Shown here: positions 38,979 through 48,526 of the stretch, one piece after another | Position numbering within the stretch: position 1 is the first letter of the stretch | How the letters are laid out: the number at the start of each line of letters is the position of its first letter | NCBI GenBank assembly: GCA_963786955.1 | Contig: CAWBAT010000008.1 | Span: forward strand, 128,001 to 192,000 | Direction: 5' to 3' | DNA from: an uncultured Acidimicrobiia bacterium | GTDB taxonomy: Bacteria > Acidobacteriota > Terriglobia > Versatilivoradales > Versatilivoraceae | DNA: 64,000 nucleotides | Translations under genes and position numbers: made by a program | The notes under the pieces: generated by a model | The model's database searches: none | What the model was told of the DNA's origin: nothing | Seen by the model: the letters and a program-made list of their open reading frames with translations, nothing else

Positions 38979-41279
38979 GTGGATCGGAGAACATTTTTGC
39001 AAAGCGCCATGGGAGGACTGACTGTGCTGGCGGGATGGAGGGCATTCCTAGCGGAATCCCAAGCTGGAACTCTGCCAGCTATTGGAGCAGGGCAGACTGA
39101 CTTCCCGGAAGACAATTACCAGATGCCGGAATGGTTGCATTATGCACAGCCGGTCTATTTCGATGGCTACTCACCCCCGGTCTATCCGCATGTGGCCGAC
39201 TTTGACGCCAAACGCTTGGTGGACGTGGTTCTTGAGTTGGGTGGAAATCTCTTGAGATTTCAGCCGATCGGCTATTTTGCCTATTACCCGAGCAAAGCGT
39301 TCCGGGTTGATCCCGAACTGGGTGGCAGAGACTTGATCAACGAAGTCTCGCGGGAGTGCCGGCACCAGGGCGTCCACTGCTATTGTTACACGGGATATGG
39401 CCATCCCCACATGGAAGTCGGCTGGGCTGACCAACATCCGGAATATGCCGACTGGGTGATGCGCGATCCGGAAGGAAAGCCTTACGGAACTTATAATCAC
39501 ATCGGCTGGCCCATGCGGCAGAGGGTCTGTACGACGGGCGATGCTTACCGCGCCGGAATCCGCCAGGTGGTCAAAGAACTCTGTGAACATGACATTGACG
39601 GTGTGTACTTTGATGCTCCGAGCGGTTTCGGATATACGGGGGTTTGCTTTTGCGATTCCTGCAGGCAAAATGTCAAGAAATTCAGCGGTCTGGATCTGGA
39701 TCGCCTTCGCGGAATTGTAAAGTATCAAGGTCTTCCCTTTGAATGGGGTGATCTGCCAGCCGACACGGATATAGAGGCGCTCACGGCCTGGTATGTGTGG
39801 GCCAACCAACTGACCAAAGAAGATCTACTGGACTTTCGCAAGATCATCCACGGCAGCGGGAAGTTCATGATGTGTCATAACGGACAGGCGTGGATCGGGA
39901 CTTCGCTTTTCTTGCAATACCGGATTCCCGAGGGCTTCATGGTGGAAGCGAGTCGAGATGTGCATGAGCGGCTGATGCGGGGGATGAAGGGCGCATCGAT
40001 GGCGCGGCCGCACAATAAGGTGGCGCAAATGTACCTGGGCGGTTACATGACGTCGTGGTGGGAGGAACCACCTCACGAGCGGCCCTGGGTCGTGCACAAC
40101 ACCAACGTGGAAGATGGAGATGAAATCCGCATGGAGGGATTCACGAACCTGGCCTGTGGAAATACTCCGCTTTATGCGACGGCAAACCGGTTTTATTTCA
40201 AGGTTGGAAGCGGGAGCGCCAAACCCGCTCAGGAAGTCTATGCGTTCATGCGGCGTGTGGAAGGGATCCATAAAGGCAGTGTTCCGGTACCCTACGTTTC
40301 AATTGTTCCCACTTGGGAATCGCTACAGCTCTTTCGGACGAACCGGAAGAGCTGGAATTGGCCGATTATGACGAGCGCGTTGGGATTGACATTGCTCGAC
40401 GAACGTATCAGCGTGGATGTCCATGTGAGCACGGAGATGAGCGACGCCTGGTTCGAGCAGCAGCGCGTGATTGCGTTGTGCGGCGCCTCTGGAATATCGA
40501 CTCGGCAGGCGGAGAAGTTTGCCAAGTGGGTGGAAGACGGCGGTGGTCTGCTGGCCACCTACGATACGGGGCTGTACGACGAGCACGGCGACATGCGAAA
40601 GGATGGGGGAGCCCTGCGCGAGGTCTTGGGAGTGCGAATGATCGGCGAGCCGTCGAGAAGCCAGCCGGAATGTTTCTACCGGGTGAAGGAGGCTCATCCG
40701 GCGCTGGGAGAACTGGAGTTGGGAGCCGTGGTGCAGGGGGATGGGCGATTAGTGCCGACCGAGACATTGGCTGGAGCCAAATTGTTGGCGGAATGCTGGA
40801 ATCTGGGAACTGGCGAAGTCCGCGGCCCGGCGGTGGTTGTGAACAACTATGGGAAGGGGCGGGCGATTTACAGCAGTGGGAGCCTAGAGGCCAATTACCT
40901 CTATGACCGGGTGAAATCAACCAGGCAGATGTTGGCGGCAATGGTGCGATACCTTGGAGGAGGAGCCCCGCAGCCTTACACCTTGAAGGCGCCCACGGGC
41001 GTGTACGCGGTCTTGCGGCGTGCGCCGAATGGAGATTTGGCACTGTGGGTATTGGCCAATGTGGGCTTCAAAGACGCCGTGGTGGGAAGGATGCGGCAGG
41101 AATATTTGCCGTTATCGCTAATCGAAGTGGGGATCCGCATCCCGGAGGGGAAACAAGCGAAGTCGATGCGCTTGATGCGAGGTGAACAGTCTGTCCCGTA
41201 CAAAGTTGAGGGAGGGTATGCGATGGCAACCATCCCGACACTTCACATTGCTGAAGTGGTGCATCTGGCGCTGGTATGA
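38979..41279 (+). CDS. Tat-exported glycoside-hydrolase-like protein (GHL6/GH42-like barrel plus GH42 trimerisation-like domain)
   Basis: DRRTFLQ; AYYPSK..LGGRDL, HPEYADW, DGVYFD, CFCDSC Zn-like motif, WVEDGGGLLATYDTGLYDE.G and YGKGRAIY. Confidence 0.7.
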   Translation: MDRRTFLQSAMGGLTVLAGWRAFLAESQAGTLPAIGAGQTDFPEDNYQMPEWLHYAQPVYFDGYSPPVYPHVADFDAKRLVDVVLELGGNLLRFQPIGYFAYYPSKAFRVDPELGGRDLINEVSRECRHQGVHCYCYTGYGHPHMEVGWADQHPEYADWVMRDPEGKPYGTYNHIGWPMRQRVCTTGDAYRAGIRQVVKELCEHDIDGVYFDAPSGFGYTGVCFCDSCRQNVKKFSGLDLDRLRGIVKYQGLPFEWGDLPADTDIEALTAWYVWANQLTKEDLLDFRKIIHGSGKFMMCHNGQAWIGTSLFLQYRIPEGFMVEASRDVHERLMRGMKGASMARPHNKVAQMYLGGYMTSWWEEPPHERPWVVHNTNVEDGDEIRMEGFTNLACGNTPLYATANRFYFKVGSGSAKPAQEVYAFMRRVEGIHKGSVPVPYVSIVPTWESLQLFRTNRKSWNWPIMTSALGLTLLDERISVDVHVSTEMSDAWFEQQRVIALCGASGISTRQAEKFAKWVEDGGGLLATYDTGLYDEHGDMRKDGGALREVLGVRMIGEPSRSQPECFYRVKEAHPALGELELGAVVQGDGRLVPTETLAGAKLLAECWNLGTGEVRGPAVVVNNYGKGRAIYSSGSLEANYLYDRVKSTRQMLAAMVRYLGGGAPQPYTLKAPTGVYAVLRRAPNGDLALWVLANVGFKDAVVGRMRQEYLPLSLIEVGIRIPEGKQAKSMRLMRGEQSVPYKVEGGYAMATIPTLHIAEVVHLALV

Positions 41280-41458
41280 CGCAGCCCAACTCCCCTCCTT
41301 ATTTAGAGGAGGTGGAGCGGGCGCTCCCGCGCACGCTCAATGCTCGGAGGGAAAGCGGTCAATGACCGCTGTTCGTTCCCCCTTGTCCCCTCTCTCTCGT
41401 TGGGGCGAGGGGAGCCGTTAATTCATTATTGTGTTCATTTCCAACCTTGAAGATTCCT

Positions 41459-42640
41459 ATGAATGATGAAAACCAGACCCGCCGAAAGTTTCTGAAGAAA
41501 TCATCGTGGCTCGCTGTTGGCACGGCTGCAGCACTAAACTCTGTTTCGGGCGAATCTGCCGTGACCCCAACCAACAAAGAAACACCCGTACATCTACTGC
41601 CAAATGCCAAAGACTTGCCTAATGGCGGAAAACCGATCAAATTGTTTTGTTGCGACTTGAATTTTATCGCTCCCAAGGGAGAGCGAGTGGTGATGGCGCC
41701 AGCCCTGCCCCAGGACTGGGCCTTCATTAACCCCGAGGAATACTTTGCCTGGCATCGGGATTTCGGCGTGAACATCTTCTTCTTGCAGGGTTATTCCCAA
41801 TGGGGATACGCCTATTATCCGACGAAGCTCGGGCCCGTAGGACCTGGACCCGGCAGAGATTTGTTTCCCAGGCTTTTTAAAATGGCCCAGAAAGCGGGAC
41901 TTCCTTTTTGCGGCTATTTTTGCATTGCTATGGACCCTTACATCAGCAATAGCCGCCCGAACTGGCTCGTTCCCACCACTCGAAACCATAACGAGGTAGG
42001 ACTTTTGGCGCCCGAGAGTCCTTGGACAGATTTGCTCTGCGCCCGCATCACCGAGTTCTTGCGCCTCTATCCTGTCGACTGGATCAATTTTGACTGCTTT
42101 AATTATGGGAAATACGATTGCAATGATTTCCCGGTGCAGCCATCAGCTTTCGTCAAAAATCCGTTCCGGGAAATTATCGGGCGGGACATGCCGGAGAAAG
42201 CATCCGAGATCAGCCCGGAGGAAAGCCTGAAGTACAAGCGGGAAGTTATGGCCCGGCAATTCCATCGCATCCAGGAAGCCATGCACAAAGGCAACCCGGA
42301 AACCAAAGCGAACTTCAATGTGCCATTTTACAGACCGGCGGAACCGATGTGGGTGGACCATCCGATGGTCAACGAATGTGACCAACTCATCGCGGAATCA
42401 TCGGATGCTGTAGTGGATTGGCTTCTGAAGATCCGCAAACCGAATCAACGGGTCATGACTACCATCATCGGTCGTCCCGATGTCAAGGGGTTGTGCGATC
42501 CCAACACTTGGAAAAAATGGTACGAATCCGGATGCGACTTTTTCGGATATGCGCATGGAACTTCGCCTGATTTTCGTCCCCACCCCGCTCTTCGTGAACA
42601 AGTCGAAATTGTTCGACAAGCTTATCGGCAAATGCCGTAG
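41459..42640 (+). CDS. Tat-exported uncharacterised TIM-barrel protein, GH29-like (paralog of 29684-30955)
   Basis: TRRKFLK; shares KP.K.FC.DLN, DWAFI.P.EYF.WH, GYAYYPTK, PESPWTDLLCAR and EESLKYKRE with the paralog. Confidence 0.55.
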   Translation: MNDENQTRRKFLKKSSWLAVGTAAALNSVSGESAVTPTNKETPVHLLPNAKDLPNGGKPIKLFCCDLNFIAPKGERVVMAPALPQDWAFINPEEYFAWHRDFGVNIFFLQGYSQWGYAYYPTKLGPVGPGPGRDLFPRLFKMAQKAGLPFCGYFCIAMDPYISNSRPNWLVPTTRNHNEVGLLAPESPWTDLLCARITEFLRLYPVDWINFDCFNYGKYDCNDFPVQPSAFVKNPFREIIGRDMPEKASEISPEESLKYKREVMARQFHRIQEAMHKGNPETKANFNVPFYRPAEPMWVDHPMVNECDQLIAESSDAVVDWLLKIRKPNQRVMTTIIGRPDVKGLCDPNTWKKWYESGCDFFGYAHGTSPDFRPHPALREQVEIVRQAYRQMP

Positions 42641-42715
42641 TTGCGGCCACCCGGGCTGTCGATGCCAGCCGCAATTCATATTCCCACCTACCCCGCATCT
42701 TTTCCGGAGGAGAAA

Positions 42716-45190
42716 ATGCCATCTTCAACTTCAACCAGCCGTCTTGCATCTGCTTTTATGGTTATCCTCTGCTTGTCGCTAATCCCGTCGCTGCAATCGT
42801 CTCCCCCCGTAACTGGTCAAGCCTGGATCGCCAACAAGGGCCACGCTGAGGCGTTCATCGTCGTTGGCGAAAGCGCCAGTCCTTCGGATCGTTTTGTGGC
42901 TGGCGAACTCGTGAAGTACCTCGAAATCCTTTCGGGGGCCAAGCTCGAAATCGTCTCTCCGCGCCAATTAATCAGCCAGGAAAAGGGCAGAAGCCTGCTG
43001 CTGGTCGGAGGCCCTGGGACGAACGAACTAGTCGGTCAGGCTGCCAGTAGCCGGCAGGTAAATTTTGGAGGACTGAAGCCGGAAGGCTACATCCTGCGCC
43101 GCGTTAAGCTGGAGGGACGGTCCGCGCTGATCGTGGGCGGGAATGACGAAGCGGGCACACTGTATGCGGCCTATGACCTGCTGGAGCGGCTGGGTTTCGT
43201 CTTCCTTTTGACCAAGGATATTCTGCCGGAGAAGCGAGATGAAGTTGCCCTCCCCTCGCTTGACGATCGCGTGGAGCCGGCCTTTCGCCGCCGTGGCGTG
43301 CATATCGATAACGTCTATCCCAGCCAGACGCTGTGGTCACTGGACGACTATCGAAAGATCATCGACCAGATGGCCAAGATGCGGTTGAACTACTTGCAAG
43401 TGTTCTGGTTTCCGGATACCCCTTTCCTGACCTACGAGTACCGAGGCGAGAAGAACGGCTTGGGCGACGTCACGGCAAAGGAAAGCGGCTATCTCTTGTG
43501 GCGTCGCCAGCAGGGATCGTTTCTAGTAAAGGACATGACCGTTGGCCGGGAACTTTACAAGCACCCGCGAATTGCTCCGGCGGAATTGCAGGATGTGGAA
43601 ACACCGGAGCAGGCATTCCAGAAGGCTCAGGACTTGCTGCGGGCCGTTATCGCCTATGCCAGCCAGCGCCAGATTAAGACCTGGCTGGCCATTGATCCCG
43701 TGAGCGTACCGGTGAACCTGTCGCGATTCGCTTCCACCCGAACAGGCGATCTGCCGTTTCATGATGTCTTGGGAGGGGTTTATATGTGTCCGGGGGATCC
43801 TGTGGCACAAGAGATCAACGCGAATCGGATGAAGAGCCTGTTATCGACTTATCCGCAAGCGGAAGGCTATTTCCTCTGGTTTCCGGAATTGTACCCCGTT
43901 TGCGAAGACAGCCAGAGTCAGGCTTTCTACTGGCAGGAGCGTCCCAAATATTTGGCCGATGAACTAAGACGTTGGGCGGCTTATGGCAGTTACGAAAGGG
44001 ATAAAGACCGGGTAGTCAACTCGAACAATGGCGCGGTGGAATTGATGCGCGGGGCGCTGGCAGCGCGCGACCGCGTGAATCCTCAGGCACAGGTTGGCAT
44101 CGGGGCATTCGGGCGCGGCTTTTTCTATCCATCGCTTGACAAGATTTTTCCCAGGACGATGCCGTTCACCGACATGGTCTCCCGTGCGATCTGGACGCCT
44201 TTGGGTGTGCCCATGCAGGATTACGGAGGAATGGGCGAACGTGAGCGGACGCTGATTACGCGCTCCGACGACGATAGTGCCATGTTTGGGATGCAGTTCA
44301 ACGTGAACATGTTTTATAAAGACCGAATCTTTGAAGGCGCGTTGGAAAACGGTGTGACCGGACACGCTATGCAGCTGAATCGTGCGCGTGGCATGGAACA
44401 GAATGAGAAATTCTTGGCCGAGGGCGCCTGGAAACCGAGTCTGGATCCCCAGGAATTTTATCGGAGCTATGTGCGGCGCATTTTCGGGGAAGCCGCGGCG
44501 CCAGAAGCGCTGAAGGCCTATCAAACGCTCGAAGCGAATGAAGAATTCCTGGGCTGGACGGGAAACTATAATTTCCCTTGTTGCAGTGTGCCAGCGGAAA
44601 TCAGCATCCTTGAAACTTACTCAGAGCAGGTCAATCCCTATGACGGACCAACCTTCGAGAAGTGGGCCGCTTTTCTAGATCATGCGCGAGATGAATCCAT
44701 GTACTACACCCAGTCGGCGGGTCTGCTGCGCCAGGCGCTGGCGCATTTCGAACAGGCAGATAAGCAGGTTGCAGCCGGCGGCAAGAGCGAACTAGCCTAT
44801 CTGCGGAATAAAACAGAAGCCTATGCCAAGCATCTGGACACACTCGTGGAATTGGAAAATGCCTATCTGGAATTCGACGCGGCATTTCGTGCCAAGTCTG
44901 CGGGCAATCTTGAAGAATTCATGCGGCGGCTGGATCATAGCATGGAGAGGTTCCGCACGGCCCATCGCATGTCGATTGCGACGGCAACTAAGTTTGCGGA
45001 GATCATTGACGACCCTTCGGACCTGGGCGTACTTTATAAGTACAACGTCTACATGATTGACGGAACAGAAATCGTCGAGCAATTCATGCAGAATATGGTC
45101 AATTTCTATCACGGGAAGCCCTATTTGGATCCCGTTCCTCTGGACAAAGTCTTTAACCGCTGGCCGCGCTTCAAGCGCCCGCGAATCTAA
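42716..45190 (+). CDS. Secreted protein with GH20/GH67/GH115-type N-terminal domain and unassigned barrel
   Basis: RBS GGAGGAG and signal peptide; FVAGELVKYL, LKPEGYIL, IVGGNDEAGTLYAAYDLLERLG, PAFRRRG and IDQMAKMRLN. Confidence 0.6.
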   Translation: MPSSTSTSRLASAFMVILCLSLIPSLQSSPPVTGQAWIANKGHAEAFIVVGESASPSDRFVAGELVKYLEILSGAKLEIVSPRQLISQEKGRSLLLVGGPGTNELVGQAASSRQVNFGGLKPEGYILRRVKLEGRSALIVGGNDEAGTLYAAYDLLERLGFVFLLTKDILPEKRDEVALPSLDDRVEPAFRRRGVHIDNVYPSQTLWSLDDYRKIIDQMAKMRLNYLQVFWFPDTPFLTYEYRGEKNGLGDVTAKESGYLLWRRQQGSFLVKDMTVGRELYKHPRIAPAELQDVETPEQAFQKAQDLLRAVIAYASQRQIKTWLAIDPVSVPVNLSRFASTRTGDLPFHDVLGGVYMCPGDPVAQEINANRMKSLLSTYPQAEGYFLWFPELYPVCEDSQSQAFYWQERPKYLADELRRWAAYGSYERDKDRVVNSNNGAVELMRGALAARDRVNPQAQVGIGAFGRGFFYPSLDKIFPRTMPFTDMVSRAIWTPLGVPMQDYGGMGERERTLITRSDDDSAMFGMQFNVNMFYKDRIFEGALENGVTGHAMQLNRARGMEQNEKFLAEGAWKPSLDPQEFYRSYVRRIFGEAAAPEALKAYQTLEANEEFLGWTGNYNFPCCSVPAEISILETYSEQVNPYDGPTFEKWAAFLDHARDESMYYTQSAGLLRQALAHFEQADKQVAAGGKSELAYLRNKTEAYAKHLDTLVELENAYLEFDAAFRAKSAGNLEEFMRRLDHSMERFRTAHRMSIATATKFAEIIDDPSDLGVLYKYNVYMIDGTEIVEQFMQNMVNFYHGKPYLDPVPLDKVFNRWPRFKRPRI

Positions 45191-45262
45191 ACAGATGTCT
45201 TGCTCCCCTCCTCAAAAAGGAAGGGAGTTGTGAATTGAATTTTTCAGTAGCAAGACAAACCA

Positions 45263-46261
45263 CTAGACGATGTCACCGCTGCCGCCCCTGAATCCGCGGC
45301 GATGGGAAAGGCCAGACATCCGATCCCCAGTATTCTTCTCTTCCGACCTGAAAAAAGCCAGATGGATTACCTGGTCTTCAAAAAGCAGAGCAGATCCTAA
45401 GCTCTTCTTGTCTTCGAAGCGGTAATCCTCTCCGAGCCCGATCGAGGCAAACCGGCTTTCGCGACAACCCGTGATCTCTTTAAAGAAAGTCCTGGTTTCG
45501 GCCTCTTTGCCGCTAGAGCCGGACTTCTTATCGTCCAGGATCGCATCCATGGCATAACTCTTGATCAGCTTAAGATGAATCTTTTCAAACGCTGCCTTTT
45601 GAGACAGGACGTCCATACCCACAACTTTTCCGTCAATAAAAACGACGATCCCTTGCTGGTTCGGGACATAGGAGAAAGTTTGCGCGTACTGGTTGAGTTC
45701 ATTTTCCCTGGAGGTGTATACGTCTTTCATGGCGCCGGTTGAAGACGTGACGTTTGCCTTGGAGTGCATCTCGTGTATGTCCTGCCACACAGTCCCCTGA
45801 TCCGATCTGTAGCTTTGGTCTTGATGCAGCGAAGCGCTGACTGAGCGGACTTTATTTAACCGGACTTTACTTGCCAACATAGCGTCTGAGTCTGAAAAGG
45901 CCGCCGAGCGGTAAGACCATCGTCCTTGCTCCGTGCAACTGACTGGAATGATGGTCTCCGAATTCCCCTTGAGAAGCACCGAGGTGTTCAGAACCCGGTT
46001 TTGCTTGGCGCCTATCAATTCCTCGCCGTCCAGCAGCAAGACCAACTGGGTCGATTTGTTGATGACTTTGAGTTCAGGGACAGATCCGGATTGGCTTAGT
46101 TCGGTGATCGCGATGAAGTTCTTGTCCAGCGCTTCTTTTAAGGTGATGTACTCCGGACCGCCATTGTGGGTCGCAAAGATTGGAATGACATCCATATTCT
46201 GAAACGATTGCATTGATCCAAGATGAAGTTCTGACAAATAGGTTGTTATGGTTGGGTTCAT
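45263..46261 (-). CDS. ARPP-1 (DUF6569)-like domain protein
   Basis: Strong RBS AAGGAGG; motifs ITE..GSVPEL, LLLDGEELIGAKQNRVLNTSVL, IPVSCTEQGRW, SDQGTVW and KLIKSYAMDA recalled as diagnostic of this family. Needs HMM confirmation. Confidence 0.75.
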   Translation of the reverse strand: MNPTITTYLSELHLGSMQSFQNMDVIPIFATHNGGPEYITLKEALDKNFIAITELSQSGSVPELKVINKSTQLVLLLDGEELIGAKQNRVLNTSVLLKGNSETIIPVSCTEQGRWSYRSAAFSDSDAMLASKVRLNKVRSVSASLHQDQSYRSDQGTVWQDIHEMHSKANVTSSTGAMKDVYTSRENELNQYAQTFSYVPNQQGIVVFIDGKVVGMDVLSQKAAFEKIHLKLIKSYAMDAILDDKKSGSSGKEAETRTFFKEITGCRESRFASIGLGEDYRFEDKKSLGSALLFEDQVIHLAFFRSEEKNTGDRMSGLSHRRGFRGGSGDIV

Positions 46262-46290
46262 GGCGAACCTCCTTGATTAAGAGAACGGGG

Positions 46291-46374
46291 GTAAGGGCCG
46301 AATTCATGGGAACCATTTCTTTACTGGGCCCTTACTTTAGAGCTTATTCCTCTTGCATTCCAGAAGATGGAATA
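46291..46374. promoter_or_regulatory. Candidate WYL operator(s) in the divergent intergenic region
   Basis: 9-bp IR GTAAGGGCC (46291-99) / GGCCCTTAC (46327-35); 6-bp IR ATTCCA-N5-TGGAAT (46357-73). Confidence 0.4.
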
Positions 46375-46453
46375 GTGGACAGATTTTTTATCAATGATAG
46401 GTTATTCTCCGTCCGATGAGCAAGTTAGCCTTTGAAGCAAAGGAAATCGAATT

Positions 46454-47485
46454 ATGCCCGAAAAAAAAGACGCCTACTCCACGCCGGCGATGAAGGTATT
46501 GCGGCTTTATATCTTGTTGCTCTTTAGCGGCAGAGTGTTCTCTCTTTCGGAACTGGCTCGCAAACTCAAATGTTCCAAACAAACCGTGATGCGGATGATG
46601 GAGCAGATCAGCCGGAGCCGTCTCGAACACATCGAGAGTTGGATGGATGAAAGTGGTCGCCGGTTCTACCGCGCCAGGACTCCCGCGACCAAACCGCGGG
46701 TGGCCCTCGACGTGGAAGCCATCCAGCATCTGCTCCTTTGCCGTGACATTGTGTGGCATCTCTTGCCCCTGGCCTTCCGGGAGGAAATCAGTCAAACCAT
46801 CGCTCAAACCACAGTCCTTCTGCCGGAGTTCGAAAAGAGATCAGAAGCCAATACTCACTTTGCCAGAGCTCACTCGAAGGGAAGTATTGATTACTCCCCA
46901 TTTCAGCAAGTGCTGGAAACGGCTCTGGAAGCAATTGCAGGAAGGCGAATCTGCCAAATCAGTTATCGAGGGCAGCCAAAGCAAAAGGCCAAGGATCTTC
47001 TCGTGGCTCCGCTCAAACTCATTGCATACCGCGATGGACTCTATCTCCAATGCCGCCTGGAAAAGGCATTGGCGAATCCGGAGGAGTTTTACGATCCGGT
47101 ACTGGCCATTCATCGGATGGCAAGTCTGAGCCTGACGGACCGAGTCTTCGAAACGCCGAGAGAAAAAAAGAAGAATTTGCCCGCAATGTTTGGTTTCATT
47201 CCGGGTCAGCCGTTTCAGGCCGAAGTGGCCTTTCTTCCGCAAGCAGCCCGATATGTAGCCGAGCGCACTTGGAGTGATGACCAGAAGATCCTTCATCATC
47301 GCGCTGGAGGACTTACCTTGAAGTTCACCGCCAGCAGCCGTCAGGAAGTGATTTCCTGGGTTCTCGGTTTCGGGAAACAAGCTGAGTTGCTGGCTCCGGA
47401 GGATTTGCGCGTGGAGTTGTTGAGATCGCTTCAAGAAACGGCTGATATTTACGGGAGAGGAGGTTCTGGAAAAAAGGCCGAGTGA
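46454..47485 (+). CDS. WYL-domain transcriptional regulator (wHTH-WYL-WCX)
   Basis: N-terminal wHTH (SLSELARKLKCSKQTVMR); WYL core (ISY..VAPLKLIAYRDGLYL..LAIHRM); WCX tail (YVAERTW..Q..SWVLGFG..AELLAPEDLR). Confidence 0.9.
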   Translation: MPEKKDAYSTPAMKVLRLYILLLFSGRVFSLSELARKLKCSKQTVMRMMEQISRSRLEHIESWMDESGRRFYRARTPATKPRVALDVEAIQHLLLCRDIVWHLLPLAFREEISQTIAQTTVLLPEFEKRSEANTHFARAHSKGSIDYSPFQQVLETALEAIAGRRICQISYRGQPKQKAKDLLVAPLKLIAYRDGLYLQCRLEKALANPEEFYDPVLAIHRMASLSLTDRVFETPREKKKNLPAMFGFIPGQPFQAEVAFLPQAARYVAERTWSDDQKILHHRAGGLTLKFTASSRQEVISWVLGFGKQAELLAPEDLRVELLRSLQETADIYGRGGSGKKAE

Positions 47486-47652
47486 GTTAAACGGATGTGA
47501 TCTTCGAATATCTTAGCTTCCCCCGATGGGACTAAGAATGTGGAATGGGGGACGGCCGGCGGTCTTAGGGCGCCGATATGGGGGGTTGGGGAAGAACCGA
47601 TCAAAGTAATCGTCCCCCCTTAGACAAGGGGGGACTTCAGGGGGGTGGGTCC

Positions 47653-47770
47653 CGAGTAGGGAATGTGCAAAGGTTATGTCCGTGTTCTTGGGTGATTGTT
47701 CCCAGTCCCGTTAGGGACGACATCTTTATAGAACTCGTATCCCCAATTAAGCGCCAACCCCTTAGGGGCG
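47653..47770 (+). repeat. Composite REP repeat, block A (second copy 50586-50702)
   Basis: About 118 bp nearly identical to 50586-50702; contains hairpins GTCCC-GTTA-GGGAC..TTTATAG and CCCC-TTA-GGGG. Confidence 0.85.
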
Positions 47771-47933
47771 GTGCTCGGGTGAGGAATGCGAGAAATTGAT
47801 CAACTACCACAGCCGGGCCGGTTCAAGCAAAAACCCAAGGCCTAATATTAAGATATAATGATGTTCATGATTCTTTGCCACGTCACCCATCCCGACCACT
47901 GGAACAAACCACCTCAACCGAGCTAGGAGAGAG

Positions 47934-48497
47934 ATGTCTAAACATCACGTCTGTCCTTGGTGGCTCGGATACTTGCTCGCGAGTCCGATACGCCGCCTCT
48001 GGTATGATCCCCGCGAAGTCCTGAGTCCGCACGTTCGTGAAGGCATGACGGTCCTCGAGCCGGGGCCGGGTATGGGCTTCTTCACCCTGGAACTGCTTCG
48101 ATTAACAAGTCCCTCGGGTCGGGTGGTGGTCGTCGACATGCAGCCCAGGATGCTCGCAGCACTGAAACGCCGGGCGGCAAAGGCCGGACTTCTCGACCGG
48201 CTCGATGCCCGACTCGTTCAGCCGGATTCCATGGGACTTGTCGGTCTCGATGGCGGGGTGGATTTTGCCCTCGCCTTCGCGGTGGTCCACGAGCTTCCTG
48301 CCGCCGGTCCCTTCTTCGCCGAGGTTTCGCGAGCCCTGAAACCTCGCGCCCACTTGCTTCTGGCCGAACCCGTCGGACACGTTAAGCCGGCCGAGTTCGA
48401 GGCGCAGTTACAACATGCAGCCAGCGCCGGCCTGATTCCGGTGGACCGCCCGGCAATCCGGCGCAGCAAGACTGCGTTGCTCGAAAAGACCTCTTGA
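47934..48497 (+). CDS. Class I SAM-dependent methyltransferase
   Basis: HVCPWWLGY N-terminus; motif I VLEPGPGMG; VVVDMQ; FAVVHE; RALKP. Confidence 0.9.
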   Translation: MSKHHVCPWWLGYLLASPIRRLWYDPREVLSPHVREGMTVLEPGPGMGFFTLELLRLTSPSGRVVVVDMQPRMLAALKRRAAKAGLLDRLDARLVQPDSMGLVGLDGGVDFALAFAVVHELPAAGPFFAEVSRALKPRAHLLLAEPVGHVKPAEFEAQLQHAASAGLIPVDRPAIRRSKTALLEKTS

Positions 48498-48526
48498 CGA
48501 GGTTCACCGCCATGAGGAATGGACTG

